From: Azolla caroliniana | Taxonomy: Eukaryota; Plantae; Polypodiophyta | DNA: 64,000 nt | Assembly (NCBI GenBank): GCA_043228905.1 | Contig: JBHGNT010000010.1 | Location: 10,974,001-11,038,000, forward strand | Direction of reading: 5' to 3' | Shown: positions 36,393-48,086 of the stretch, in pieces | How positions within the stretch are numbered: the stretch's first letter is position 1 | How the letters are laid out: each line of letters opens with the position of its first letter | Notes under the pieces: model-generated | What the model was told of the DNA's origin: nothing | The model's input: only the letters and a program-made list of their open reading frames with translations | Databases searched by the model: none | Program-made: the position numbers and the translations under genes

Positions 36393-39300
36393 GATTTCAT
36401 ATTCTAGAGACTATACATATAAGAATATTAATACAATGGTTAAGGATTTGACATGTGTACAACAAGGTTGTGGGTTCAAATCCTTTCGAGTTATAATGTG
36501 AGTGTCATGATCCTTTCGATGCATGATGTGAGTGTTATCATGACAGGTATGGGCACTTCGAGTATACAGTCATGCCGTTCAGCCTCACTAATGCGTCAAC
36601 AGTCTTCCAGGACATGGAAAATGATATATTCCGAGATCTCTTAGATGTTTGTTTGATCATCTATTTGGATGATCTACTGGTTTATTCGAAGAGCATGATT
36701 CTCATGTACTGTTAGTTCTAAAACGACTTCAAGAACATGGTCTTTATGCAAAGTTGGAAAAATGTAGTTTTGGGTGCAACCAGGTGGAATTTCTGGGCTA
36801 TGTCATTTCCTCGGAAGGCATCTCCTTGGACCCAACTAAGGTCAAAATTGTGGTAGAGTGGCAGGCAGACTCCGCGTTCGGTGCGAGATGTGCAATGCTT
36901 TTTAGACTTTGCCAATTTTTATCGGAAGTTCATACAAGATTACTCAAAGCTCGTTCTGCCTCTCACAGAGCTTACCAGGAAGGGACAATCCTTCGTTTGG
37001 TCTAAAGAAGCGGACATGGCTTTCGAGAGTCTAAAAAAGGCATTTACATCGGCTCCAATTCTAGCTCATGTCGATCTGGAAAAACCATTCATTATCGAAG
37101 CAGACACATCGGATTTCACATTGGGGAGCATTCTGTCACAACAAGGTAATGATGAGAAGCTACATCCTGTGGCTTTTCACTCACGCAAGTTTGACGCCGC
37201 CCAAATCAACTACGAAATTCATGATAAGGAGCTATTGGCATTAGTGGATTCTTTTGCGCAATGGAGGCATTTTCTAGAGGGATCCTCTCATCAAGTCACC
37301 GTATTCAGTGACCACAAAACCCTTGCCTACTTTCAGGACGCTCGTGTGTTAAATCGACGTCAAGCTCGGTGGTTCCACTTCCTCACGCGTTTCAACTTCC
37401 AAATTACATATCGTCCGGGGAAGCACCAAGGGAAGGCAGATGCATTATCACGACGTTCGTACCTAGCACCGTGTCCCAATGAGCCAGTTTTTGATAACTA
37501 AAAGCAAGTAATCTTGGGACCGACACGACTGCAAGCAACACAAGTCTTTGGCATGCCAATGGATTCCCACGTTATTGATACTATATGTGAGGATTTGAAG
37601 ACCAATGCTTTCGCCCAAGCCATTCTAGCACAAATTGATCCCTCTCGAGCATCTTGTTCACATTCGCAACCACCAGGTACAGACTATCGGCAATTCAAAT
37701 ACCATGATGGATTACTATTCTTTAATGAACTCTTGTATGTTCCTAATGGTTCTTGCAGCCTTCGAGTAGTCCAAAACTATCATGACACATATATAGTTGG
37801 GCATTTTGGTAGTGCTAAAACATTAGATTTAGTACAATGATCATTTTGGTGGCCCCGTATGTGACAATTTGTCGAAGATTTTGTTCGGACTTGTGATACA
37901 TGCTGCAGAGCGAAAATGCCAAGGCATCATCCATATGGTTTATTAGAACCATTACCGATTCCAAGCAAGTTGTGGCAATCCATTGCTCTAGACTTCATCA
38001 CAGTTCTTCCAGTCTCTAAGGGATTCAATGTGATTCTAACAGTCGTAGATCGATATACGAAGATGGCTCATTTCTTGCCAGGTACTAAGGATATATCCAG
38101 TGAAGAAACCGTTGAAATTGTCATGTGTGAAGTATGTCGGCATCATGGCCTTCCCAATAGTATCATCAGCGACCGTGGACCCCAATTCGTATCGAAATTC
38201 TGGAAGCACCTTTTTAAAATGCTCAAGGTCACGTGTAACCTCTCTTCCGGCTACCACCGACAAACGGATGGCCAAGCAGAATGAACAAATCAAACATTGG
38301 AGCAGTATCTTCGGTGCTTTCTAAGCTATCATTAGGATGACTGGGTAGATATTCTCCACTTCGCCGAATTTGCCTACAATAACTCTATCCACGCATCGAC
38401 TAAAGTTACGCCATTTTATGCTTATACGGGTTCTCACCCCCGGTGGTGTGCCTTTGAAACCCCAGAGTTGTCCACAAATCCTTGCGCAGAGGATCGTTTA
38501 GAGCACTTACGCAAGATACAAGCCGATTTATCTACTCATCTCCAAGAAGCTCAACAAACACACAAGGTTTATGTGGATCGTCATCGACTCCTATCCAATT
38601 TTAACATTGGAGATCGGGTATGGCTACTACGACGACACATCAAGACTACTCGCCCATGCGAGAAGTTGGATTATCGGCGATTAGGTCCTTTCCGTATTAT
38701 AGGAAAGATATTAATGTCACTTTTCGTCTTGATCTACCCCAGCAACTTTAGATACATCCGATGTTTCATAATTCTCTCCTCGAACCCTATCAAGAGAGCA
38801 CCATCCCAGGACGTATTACACAGTCTCCACCCCTGATTGAGCTTGAAGATGGACCTGAGTACGAGGTTGCCGCCATCCTTGATTCCAAGATTGCTGGCAA
38901 CAAGCTCTACTATCTAGTCGATTAGCTAGGATATAGTCCCAACGAGCGTACTTGGGAACCGATAGAGAATGTCACCAATGCTCGTGCTCTTCTTGAAGAC
39001 TTCCATCGTCAATATCCAGACAAACCGGGTCCTCAATCCAAAACGACTCGTAACACTTGTCGTTTTAAAAGGGGGATAGTGTCATGATATGACAAGACTC
39101 AAACCCATGACCTTATGTTACATGGGTCGAGCTCTTAACCATTAGACCATACATTGTAATACATAAAATATTATTTTCATTTATGTTTTATTATAGAAAA
39201 TTGATGTATATTCTAGATTTCTCTGGAACATTCTAGAAACTTTAGGAGTATTCCTTAGAACACTATAAAAGGAGGCACAAGGCATTATTTCGAACCAAAT

Positions 39301-39512
39301 CGGTTCAACGCCAGTCTTAAGCCTCCTAGCTACTAATGTACATTCTCTTCACATAATATATATATCTTTTCTTATCATCACACACACTCTCTCTATCTCT
39401 CTCTCCCTCCCTCTCCCTCCCTCTTTCCTTCTCTCGAGAGTTCTTCACCTCTCTTAGTACTAATACTTCTTTTAGTACTAATTCCTTCTCTGTCTTAGTA
39501 CTGTTCCTGACA

Positions 39513-42500
39513 GAGGCACTCCCGTAGTAAAAAAATATGTCATTTCCATGAGCCACCGGTCCGGAAAGGTCATTTCCGTTCTTCCAACTAGTGCTGCTAC
39601 CCGTAGAATGTTTGTGTCCTGAAAGTCATCGTCGTCCTTCCGTGCCATTTCTCCATTATCGAGTCTGCTCAAAAAATCTACCACTGCGTGTTGCGTACCC
39701 GGGTAGTGCTGAATTACAAAATCGAATTCTTGAAGCAGCAACATCCATCGCGCCAATTTCCCCGTCAGTGCTTGTTTCTCCACCAAATACAGCAGTGCCG
39801 AATGATCCACGTGAAACATGAATTTCCTCCCTAGCAGATAATGCCGGAATTTATTGATGCTATAGATCATCCCCAACGCCTCACGCTCCGTTGTGGAATA
39901 GTTACGCTCCGTTGTTGATAATTTGAGACTAGCTTAGTACACTGGCCAGTACCAATTCGGTTCGGTGAGTTGCATTAGTGCACTTCCTATTGCTATGTCC
40001 GAGGCGTCTACGAACACATGGAATGGCTTCGCCCAAACTGGTGGCTGTACGACGGGTGCCTGCGTGAGCATTATCTTGAGCACATCATAGGCCTTGTCTT
40101 CCGTTGCAGTCCATTGGAAGGGAGTCCGATGCACGACGGCATGTAACGGCATGGCGAAGTCCGCCAAGTATCGTATCATCCAACTATGCCAGTGTATTTG
40201 TCCTAAAAACCGGCTGAGTGATTTCGCGTTTGTCGGAGTTTTAGCTTGAGCAATCGCGGAGATTTTGTTCGGATCGACCGCTATTCCTTCCTTGCTGACT
40301 ATATGGCCTAGAAGAGCCTTGCTGCTAACGCCGAAGGCACATTTCGCGGGATTTAGGCTTAAGTGTCCGGTGCGGCAATGCTCCAAGCACAATTGCAGAT
40401 GCGTAAAATGATTGGTTGTTTTCCCATATCCCGCAAAATCGTCTAAAAAAACTTGCATGAATGTCGGAATATATTCCCCAAAGATCTCTGTGATTGTCCG
40501 TTGAAATGTCGTCGGCGCCGTCTTTATCCCGAACATCATGATGACTGCCACATAGACTCCCCAGTCTGTGACAAATGTCGTCTTCTCTTGGTCATCGGGA
40601 TGCATGCATACCTAGTTGTATCCACTGAAGCCATCTAAAAAACTGTACATGTCATGCCCTGCGACGGCGTCCAGTACGCTATCAGTGAATGGTAAAGGGA
40701 ATGGGTCCGTAATGGTTACAACGTTTAATTTTCGGTAATCCACGCATACTCGTATTTTGCCATTTTTCTTTGGAACGACTATGATCAGACTTAACCATGT
40801 GGCTTGTTTAACTGGCCATATGAAGCCCGTCTTTAGAAGTTTATCAATTTCTTCTTTTACGCGGGTCATGTAGTTTGGGTTCATGTGATAGCGACGCTGC
40901 TGGACTGGTTTTGCGTCGGTTGCTAAATTAATCTTATGTTGATAGAACTTCGGATCTAACCCCTTCATGTCCTCGTGAGCCCAGGCAAACACATCTTTAT
41001 ATTTCTTGAGTAGTTCGATCATTGCATCTCTTTGGTCTGACCTTAATTCTTTTGCTATGGAGAGGAAACGGGGTTCTGATGCCGTACCCACGTTTACTTC
41101 TTCTAGGGCTGAGGCGGTGACTCGTCGTGAAATTTCCATTTCCCTCTCGAACGTTGCCCGTGCTCTGCTTAGTTCTAATATTGACTCCAAGTTTGGTTCG
41201 TAAGCTTCGTCGTGGAGAGTAGTGGTCGTAGCATATTTTGCCGCGGTTGCGATGACGTCGATTTCGAATAGCGGAATAATCTGAGGGTGCTCGTCTAGGT
41301 ATGCCTCTAATTCTGTATCATCCACCCCAGCCAACATATTTATATCTTCCGTGTATAATGGTGTTATACCCTTGGATTGTGTCGCCCTTTCCTCCATTGG
41401 TACGCGAACCTTGGTGCGTCCGTGTCGAAAACTGATACACTTGTGTTGCCAGCTCTGCTTGATATTTGCTACACGAAGCCACGGTCTGCCAAGCAGTATT
41501 GGGTACGCCTTTGGGGCATCCAGGGCGAGGACTACCACCGAGATGTCGAAGCGATGTCCTCCCACGATAATGCCTACCTTGCGTATCAACCCCAATGGTC
41601 GTACTGAGTGGGTATCTGCCATACGTAGCCAGAACGGGCAAGCCTCCCATTCTGAAATTCCTAACTGCTCGCATGTTTTCGCGCTAATTACATTAACGCC
41701 CGAGCCGCCATTGATTACGCATCCTGGGATTTCCTGACCGTGTAATATCAATGTAATAGCCGGGTTGTGGTGATCCACTACAGACGACTCATCGCTAATG
41801 TCTGTGAAATTCGTAGCGACGCTCACCCCGGGTATGCCCGTCACCCACTCTTCCACGGTCTGGCGGAAGCGTGGGACTAGTTGTAGCAGCTTCGCCATGG
41901 TTAACGTTATCTCGTAGCCTGCCAGTGCTTGCCAAATGGGGTCCGGGGCCGGTCCTTCGTCCTCCACTAGCTCCATCGTTTTTGTGGATTCCTTCCGCAT
42001 GCATTCCGTATTTGTCGCGTTTGCTTTTTCAACCCATGCTTGGGCTGTTCAGCGTATCTCATCTTGCACGGCCCAATCAACCATTTTTGTTTGTTGACGT
42101 GTCGTGACTTGCTGCACTTCTGCCGTAATCGTATTGACGGCGGGCCCTTTACCCTTGCATACTGGGCATTGTGTGGCATAATGTCCGAGCTGCTGACAAA
42201 CAAAACAATGGATGTTAGATTCGCCCTTCTCGGCCCCTGGTGGTGTGTGCCAACCCCCCGGTGCGACTTGCTCATCACGGTCCAACTTCATTTGTCGGAG
42301 TGTACGCGGTGGTTGCTGTTGGTCCCGGCATGGTTCTTGGTGCCGGTCATCGTCCGAGCTTTCGTCATATCGTTGGTGGTCCATTGAAGCCGCCACATTT
42401 TTTTGTCGGCCGGTGATTCTCATAGCGCCGGCCCCCTTTAGCATATCTGGGGGGATCACGGTAGTCCTCATCCTCCGGCTCATCTTCCTCAAAATCGGTG

Positions 42501-44249
42501 TGATTCCGGTAGTGCCGGTTGTCACGTGGGTTGCGATCCATATACCGTGGTCGGTCTTCTTGCCTTCTTTGTTCAGTACGGCGTGGGGGACGTTGTGTGT
42601 CCATGCTGCGTACTGTGGGAGTGGCTCTGTTCAGCATATTGTATTCGCACTGCTCGACTGTGTGAGCCTTCGAGTGACAGATTGGGTAGTGGATTCGCAT
42701 GTTGCACTCCACTGCGGAATGCCCCGAATTCAAGCAAATCGTGCACTGGATTGCTTGACGAAAATGTCGTTCCTCGTCTTGAGGTAACGCTCGTCATAAT
42801 GAGGACATAGAAATCCTTTCCTCTTCGTCGTCCAGCTCGATCTGTAATGCTCGTTCGATGACAGATTGGGCAGTGGATTCGCATGTTGCACTCCACTGCG
42901 GAATGCCCCGAATTCAAGCAAATCGTGCACTGGATTGCTTGACGAAAATGTCGTTCCTCGTCTTGAGGTAACGCTCGTCATAATGAGGACATAGAAAACC
43001 TTTCATCTTCGTCGTCCAGCTCGAGCTATAACGCTCATTCGATGACCATATCGGTCGTTTCCCCTTTCACGCTATTGCTGTTGAGCGTTGTCTGTATAGG
43101 TCGGCGTAATGCCGCCAGAAATGTCTCCCGAGCCTTGTCCTCCGCGGGGCCCCGTTCTAGTTTCTACCGTAAATTTTGGAAACATAAGTTGAAATCCGTG
43201 ATCGTCTCGGTCGGCAGCTGCTTAATTGTGTAGAACTGTTCGAGGATTTCGCGTTGTAGAACCCTCCGATGGAAGAACCGCAAAAAGGGGGACTGCAACT
43301 GGTCGAAGGTCGTGATTGATGGCAGATCCATCTGTGAATGCCAAAACGCCGCTTGCCCATCCAATGTTAACCCGAACTCCGTCATTTTGGACTAGTGCGA
43401 TACTGCCTCAGAAAGGCTCTGCGCCATGTGGTTTGCATTCCAGACATTGAGGAATAGGCGAATGTGGGTTGCGGCGTCGGTTTCACCGTTAAAGCGGGGA
43501 TAGGCAAAGGCCATGCTGGGGGATACGGCGGGCAGGGAAAGACCATAGTGCTGGTGTGGTGAGCGTGCTTCCCGCGTATCGTCGAGGTATTTGGAGAGCG
43601 GGAAATCACCTTTGTGGTCCCGATAGGTAGTGTTGAGGTCGTTGAGGCGAGGCTTTTGCCGTGCGCGTTCCTGTGCCTGGCGTGTGATGGACCTTGTGAT
43701 TGGCCGGTCTGGTTGTGTTGGTTCTTTAGGGCGTTTGCGGCTAAACATCCATTCGTCGTTGTTCGTCTGTGAGAAGACACAGATCACCAAGCGTGCCAAA
43801 AGTGTTACCGACTAGGAACACGGTCTACAGTCAGTCTTTCGACCTAGACCTCCAAGTGATTGCATGACAACGAAGGGTAGTGTTTGTGCGTAATACTTAG
43901 TGGGATATTCCCCGTTACCTAGCAGCATATAAGGGAGACAACTACAACCGAGCTCCTTTGACAGTGGGCTAGCGCACACACCATTACTTACTCCTACGCT
44001 CTCAAGTGTTACAGATACACAGTGGATTAGCCGTAGCTACACAGATATCAGAGAAGATAGAACTCTATTACAATATGCCTCTTACATTCAAAATTACACG
44101 CTACCTCTATCAGAGGTTTTTTGCCCTTTATGTACGCAGGGTCTTTTAGCCGTTCACGCTTCCCGCATGAACCGTTACATGCATTACAATATTATACTAT
44201 TCCGTATTCCTGCGCTCTTGTCCGACAGATACTATTCCGGCGGACAACA
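39513..44249 (-). mobile_element. Non-chromoviral-type gypsy element J, 3'-truncated (5' LTR 43803-44249; gag, protease, RT, RNase H)
   Basis: INGGSGVNVI protease, VCVDYRKLN and VFLDDF RT, VDASD and VDHSAL RH. PBS-like TGGCACGC (possibly tRNA-Arg, uncertain). 184-bp tandem duplication 42675-43042. Integrase missing. Confidence 0.88.
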
Positions 44250-46638
44250 AGACTAACGTTCTATGTCGGTCCCCATACATCCGAATGAATAAGGTCGAGC
44301 TTGTTACGACTACGGTTTCGTTTGATGGGGAATGGAAGCCGGTGTTGCTTCCCGAGTTGACAGGCTTCACATATTTGGGCCTTCCGGCCACTGAACTTCG
44401 GCAAACCGAAAACAACTTGTTTCGTTTGCAGGTCTTGAAGCCTCCGGTAATTGACATGGCTGATCCGCTTGTGCCAGAGATCGATGTCCGATTCAATCTT
44501 TTGTCCTTTGGCAAACAAAGTGGTGCCGACGTCATTGGTGTCTAGGATGAACTTCCTCCCGTCTTTGCGCCCTTGCGTAGTAATCTGGCCCTCTTCCTCG
44601 ATGAAGCACCCAAGGTGCGTAAACCACACCTGCATCCCCTGGTCAACGATCTGATCGACTAACACCAGGTTCTTCGTGTAATATGTTCATCAGCTTCCCC
44701 CTATATCCGACATGGCTCAAAGGGACTTCTTCGACATACACGATTGGGTGAGGAGTGTCGTCTCCTGTTTCGATGGCTCTTGGTTGTTTCGGTTTCTCCA
44801 AGAAGGAGAACCACTCTTTGTGGCTTGTCATGTGATTAGACGCACCGGAATCAATGTACCACACTTCCTCCGATTTGGAAGTGGTCTTCTTCATCAAGTT
44901 AGCCTCGTGTTTCATCACTAAGGTTGGCCCTTTACCGCCTTTTCCAGTTTTGGATCCTCCTAATCCTTCTGCGTAGTGTGAGTATTGTCGGTTCTCCCAG
45001 CCGGCCTTGCCGGATCCGGATCTGTCCGAATCAGCGTGCTTCTTCCAGCACTTGCTTTGTCTATGGCCCTTTTTACCACAGTACCAACATTCCGCGTCGG
45101 CCTTTGCTTGCCAGCCTCCGGCACCGCCTTGACTCCCCCTGCTTGTGGAGGGTCCGGAACTATTGTCGGCACGTTCTCAGTGCCTTTGGTCCTGCTCTTG
45201 CCGACCGTTACCATTGCGAGCCGACCCGCCTCGTCTACCTCCACCTCTGTGTACAACATCCGGTTGTCGGTGGCTGCACTTGTTGACGCACCGGCGTAGT
45301 TCTCCTCTACAAGGAGCATCGATTGTAAGTCAAAAAATGACGGCGTATTCTCCCTCATACAGACCGCCGTTCGGAAAGCTCCAAACCTGGATGCTAGCCC
45401 ACCAAGGCACACTTGAACCATCTCGTCCTCCTCTACGTTCACATTGACGGAGGCGAGTGAGTCACAAATTTCCTTGATTCGGGCCGTGTAATCGGCCACA
45501 AACAGATTTTTCTATCGGACATTGCTGAGCTCCTGCCTGAGCTGCAACTTCCTAGCCGTTGTGCTTGCGGCGAAAACCTTCTTCATGTTTCCCCAAGCTT
45601 CTTTTGGTATCTTGGCATCTCGGATATGGCTTAGAAACTGGTCTCCGACACTGGATGTGAAGTAGTACATCACTTTGCTTGCCGCTTATTCCCACACTAG
45701 GAAGTCCTTGTGTGCCGCATCAGGTGTTGTGTCGTTAGCTCCGTCGACATAGCTCTAGTACCCATGCCCAAGTAGGTACTGGTGCATCTTGTATGACCAA
45801 GATGCGTAGTTGGATCTGTCGAGCTTCTCCACTAGGAGCAAGCTAGCCATTCCTCTGTCCATTACTTCTCTTTCTGTTCTTACTGGGTCTTCAGATGCTA
45901 ATGTCGGCTGTAGAGGTTCTTAACCCTCGCGCTCTGATACCATGTGAAAGAATAGCGTGCGGAAGCAGTAGAAAATCGAAAACAGAAACGTAGGTTTAAT
46001 GGAGAGCTTAGAATATACACAGTACGCGGGAGAGACAGACAAAGAGAGCACACAAACTCAATTCAAAAATATACTCAATCTGTACATCGTATGTGTTCAG
46101 TGAACACTTTTATACAAGTCCATACGGACCGGATCTTCAGATGCTAATGTCGGTTGTAGAGGTTCTTAACCCTCGCGCTCTGATACCATGTGAAAGAATA
46201 GCGTGCGGAAGTAGTAGAAAATCGAAAACAGAAACGTAGGTTTAATGGAGAGCTTAGAATATACACAGTACGCGAGAGAGACAGACCGAGAGAGCACACA
46301 AACTCAATTCAAAAATATACTCAATCTGTACATCATATGTGTTCAGTGAACACTTTTATACAAGTCCATACGGACTGACAGAAGTACGGTGTACTTCAAT
46401 GCTCACACGAGCGTCTGACACTAACTACGAGATATTAACTCCCTAGTAGACTAGCTGTTACTTGGCTTCCGGTTACTGCTTGATCCGGCTAACCGGCTCC
46501 CCAGCTCACCGATCCGGCTCATCCTTCCGGATGCCGATCCGGCTCAAGCTTATTTAGCCGATCCGGATCCAGTTGAGCTTGCCACTCAACAATAGTTAAT
46601 GAACCGACAGATCAACTAGTAGATTTGATTAGTCGACA
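44250..46638 (-). mobile_element. Copia element I, 3'-truncated by J (5' LTR ~46189-46638, duplicated U5-PBS block)
   Basis: Gag (LVEKLDRSNYASW), WYIDSGASNHMT, LIHSDVWGP. PBS TGGTATCAGAGC occurs twice (45931-45942, 46177-46188). Outer LTR edge approximate. Confidence 0.85.
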
Positions 46639-47681
46639 CCTGTGTAGATTGTCCAGTTAGCCCAACTAGTGGGTCTTGTTGTCGACCCTCCGTTCGGCCT
46701 GACTAGTCGGTTGTGTCTTCGATTTGGATCACTTACTATGTTGTCGAACCCACGACCGCTCAAGTTTCATCAAAAATGTGCAAAATGTTCGGTTTTGTTG
46801 GAGTCGGTTCGGCTTCACGTTGTTGGTTCGGAGTTGGGGTCGGATCCGCCTCGACGACTTGTTCATTTTGTTCGGTTTTGGGCAGGGGTTCCTAGGGTTA
46901 TGGCTCGTGAGGGGTCGTAGACTGCAACTGTTGCATGGTCATCTCTGTGAATTCTTCGGCTAGCTTCTACTCCATAATTTCAGCATGGAAGGTTGGTGCG
47001 GGCTAGGTGGGATGAAGAACATCTAGGGATTGTTTGTGAAATCCGATGTCGTGGAGCGGGATGGTTTTAGGCTCCTTCATTGTGTCCTACTCTTTCTCCG
47101 CTTGCACCCGTTCGGTCTTATAGGCTTCTAGTTTGAGGGCGAAGTCAATTTGATCTTCACTGAATGCCTCTAGAAGCTGCACTATCTCCGTGAAGTGACA
47201 TGCCGCAAGCACTCTCTAGTCCTCCGTGAGATCTACCCGAACGGTGTTGATGCTTTCTTCGTCGAGCTTATAGAACCCGCGAACTTCCTTCCTTCGATTT
47301 TCCTGGTCCGCCCGAAATATCTGGAGTTCGGCAGCTTGTGTGGACTAGTCGTCCCATCCTTCCTGCAGTCTGTCGGATATCATTTGGAGGGTGTTGTCTC
47401 CGTTTTTCTAGCAACGTTCGGATCCTCTCCTCCGACATTTCTGTCTTTGCTCACATATGCTTGATGGTCGCTTCAAGTTGTGTTATTTTTCTTGCAGCAC
47501 ATCTTTATTGTAATCCGTACCAATCTTGGATGAGGCCCATATTTGTCTGCAAGATGTCCAATTCCTTGGTGTACATCTCCTCCATCCGAGCCAATTCCGT
47601 CTACATGTAGAATTGGATTTCCTCTGCCAACTTATTCTTGACTGCCATCTGCTCTTCGTACTACTCCTTTTTCTTTGATTT

Positions 47682-48053
47682 TGTTGGGATTTCGGTCCCT
47701 CCGGATGGGATGTCCCCGGAGATAAATGACGGCAAGCCCGGTTGCGGTTACGGAACCGGATGATGAAGAGTACCCGGCATGAAGCCGGATGAAGAGTACC
47801 TGGATACGGATCCGGATGATGAAGACCCCGGCTACGGAGCTGGATGCTGAAGACCCCGGCTACGGAGCCGGATGACGAATGTACCCGGAGAGAGATCCGG
47901 ATGCGGGGACATGTTTGTGAATATGTTTGCCAAGAGCCCTTTGAGGCTATATTTGTAAATAGCCCGAAAGTCATATGTGTATGAATATGACTTAGGGCAA
48001 ACAGTTTAGTTGTTGTTGCTCATTTTTTGAGAGAAAAAAAAAAAGGCGAGTAG

Positions 48054-48086
<33 letters not shown>

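Larger units (their letters stand above)
30763..36545 (-). mobile_element. Tcn1/Tf1-like gypsy element H inserted in G RT (5' LTR 36088-36545; 3' LTR 30763-31940 split by a solo LTR)
   Basis: TSD GATAT/GGTAT (1 mismatch). Gag 35337-35999 is internally deleted. Pol 35336-32000 has DSGANS, YLDDILI, RH and IN GPY, with stops and a frameshift. Chromodomain absent, apparently deleted. PPT AGGGGGATAG. Confidence 0.95.
28043..39512 (+). mobile_element. Tcn1/Tf1-like chromoviral gypsy element G (LTRs 28043-28501 and 39080-39512), decayed, split by H
   Basis: Gag 28594-29733 (FDGTRSQFRGF, CLYCGGPGH); protease ALLDSRANS; RT; RH; IN (SDRGPQF, GPF); C-terminal chromodomain EYEVAAILDSK...YLVD.LGY...TWEP (~38858-39020). 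PPT AAGGGGGATAG. Confidence 0.95.
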
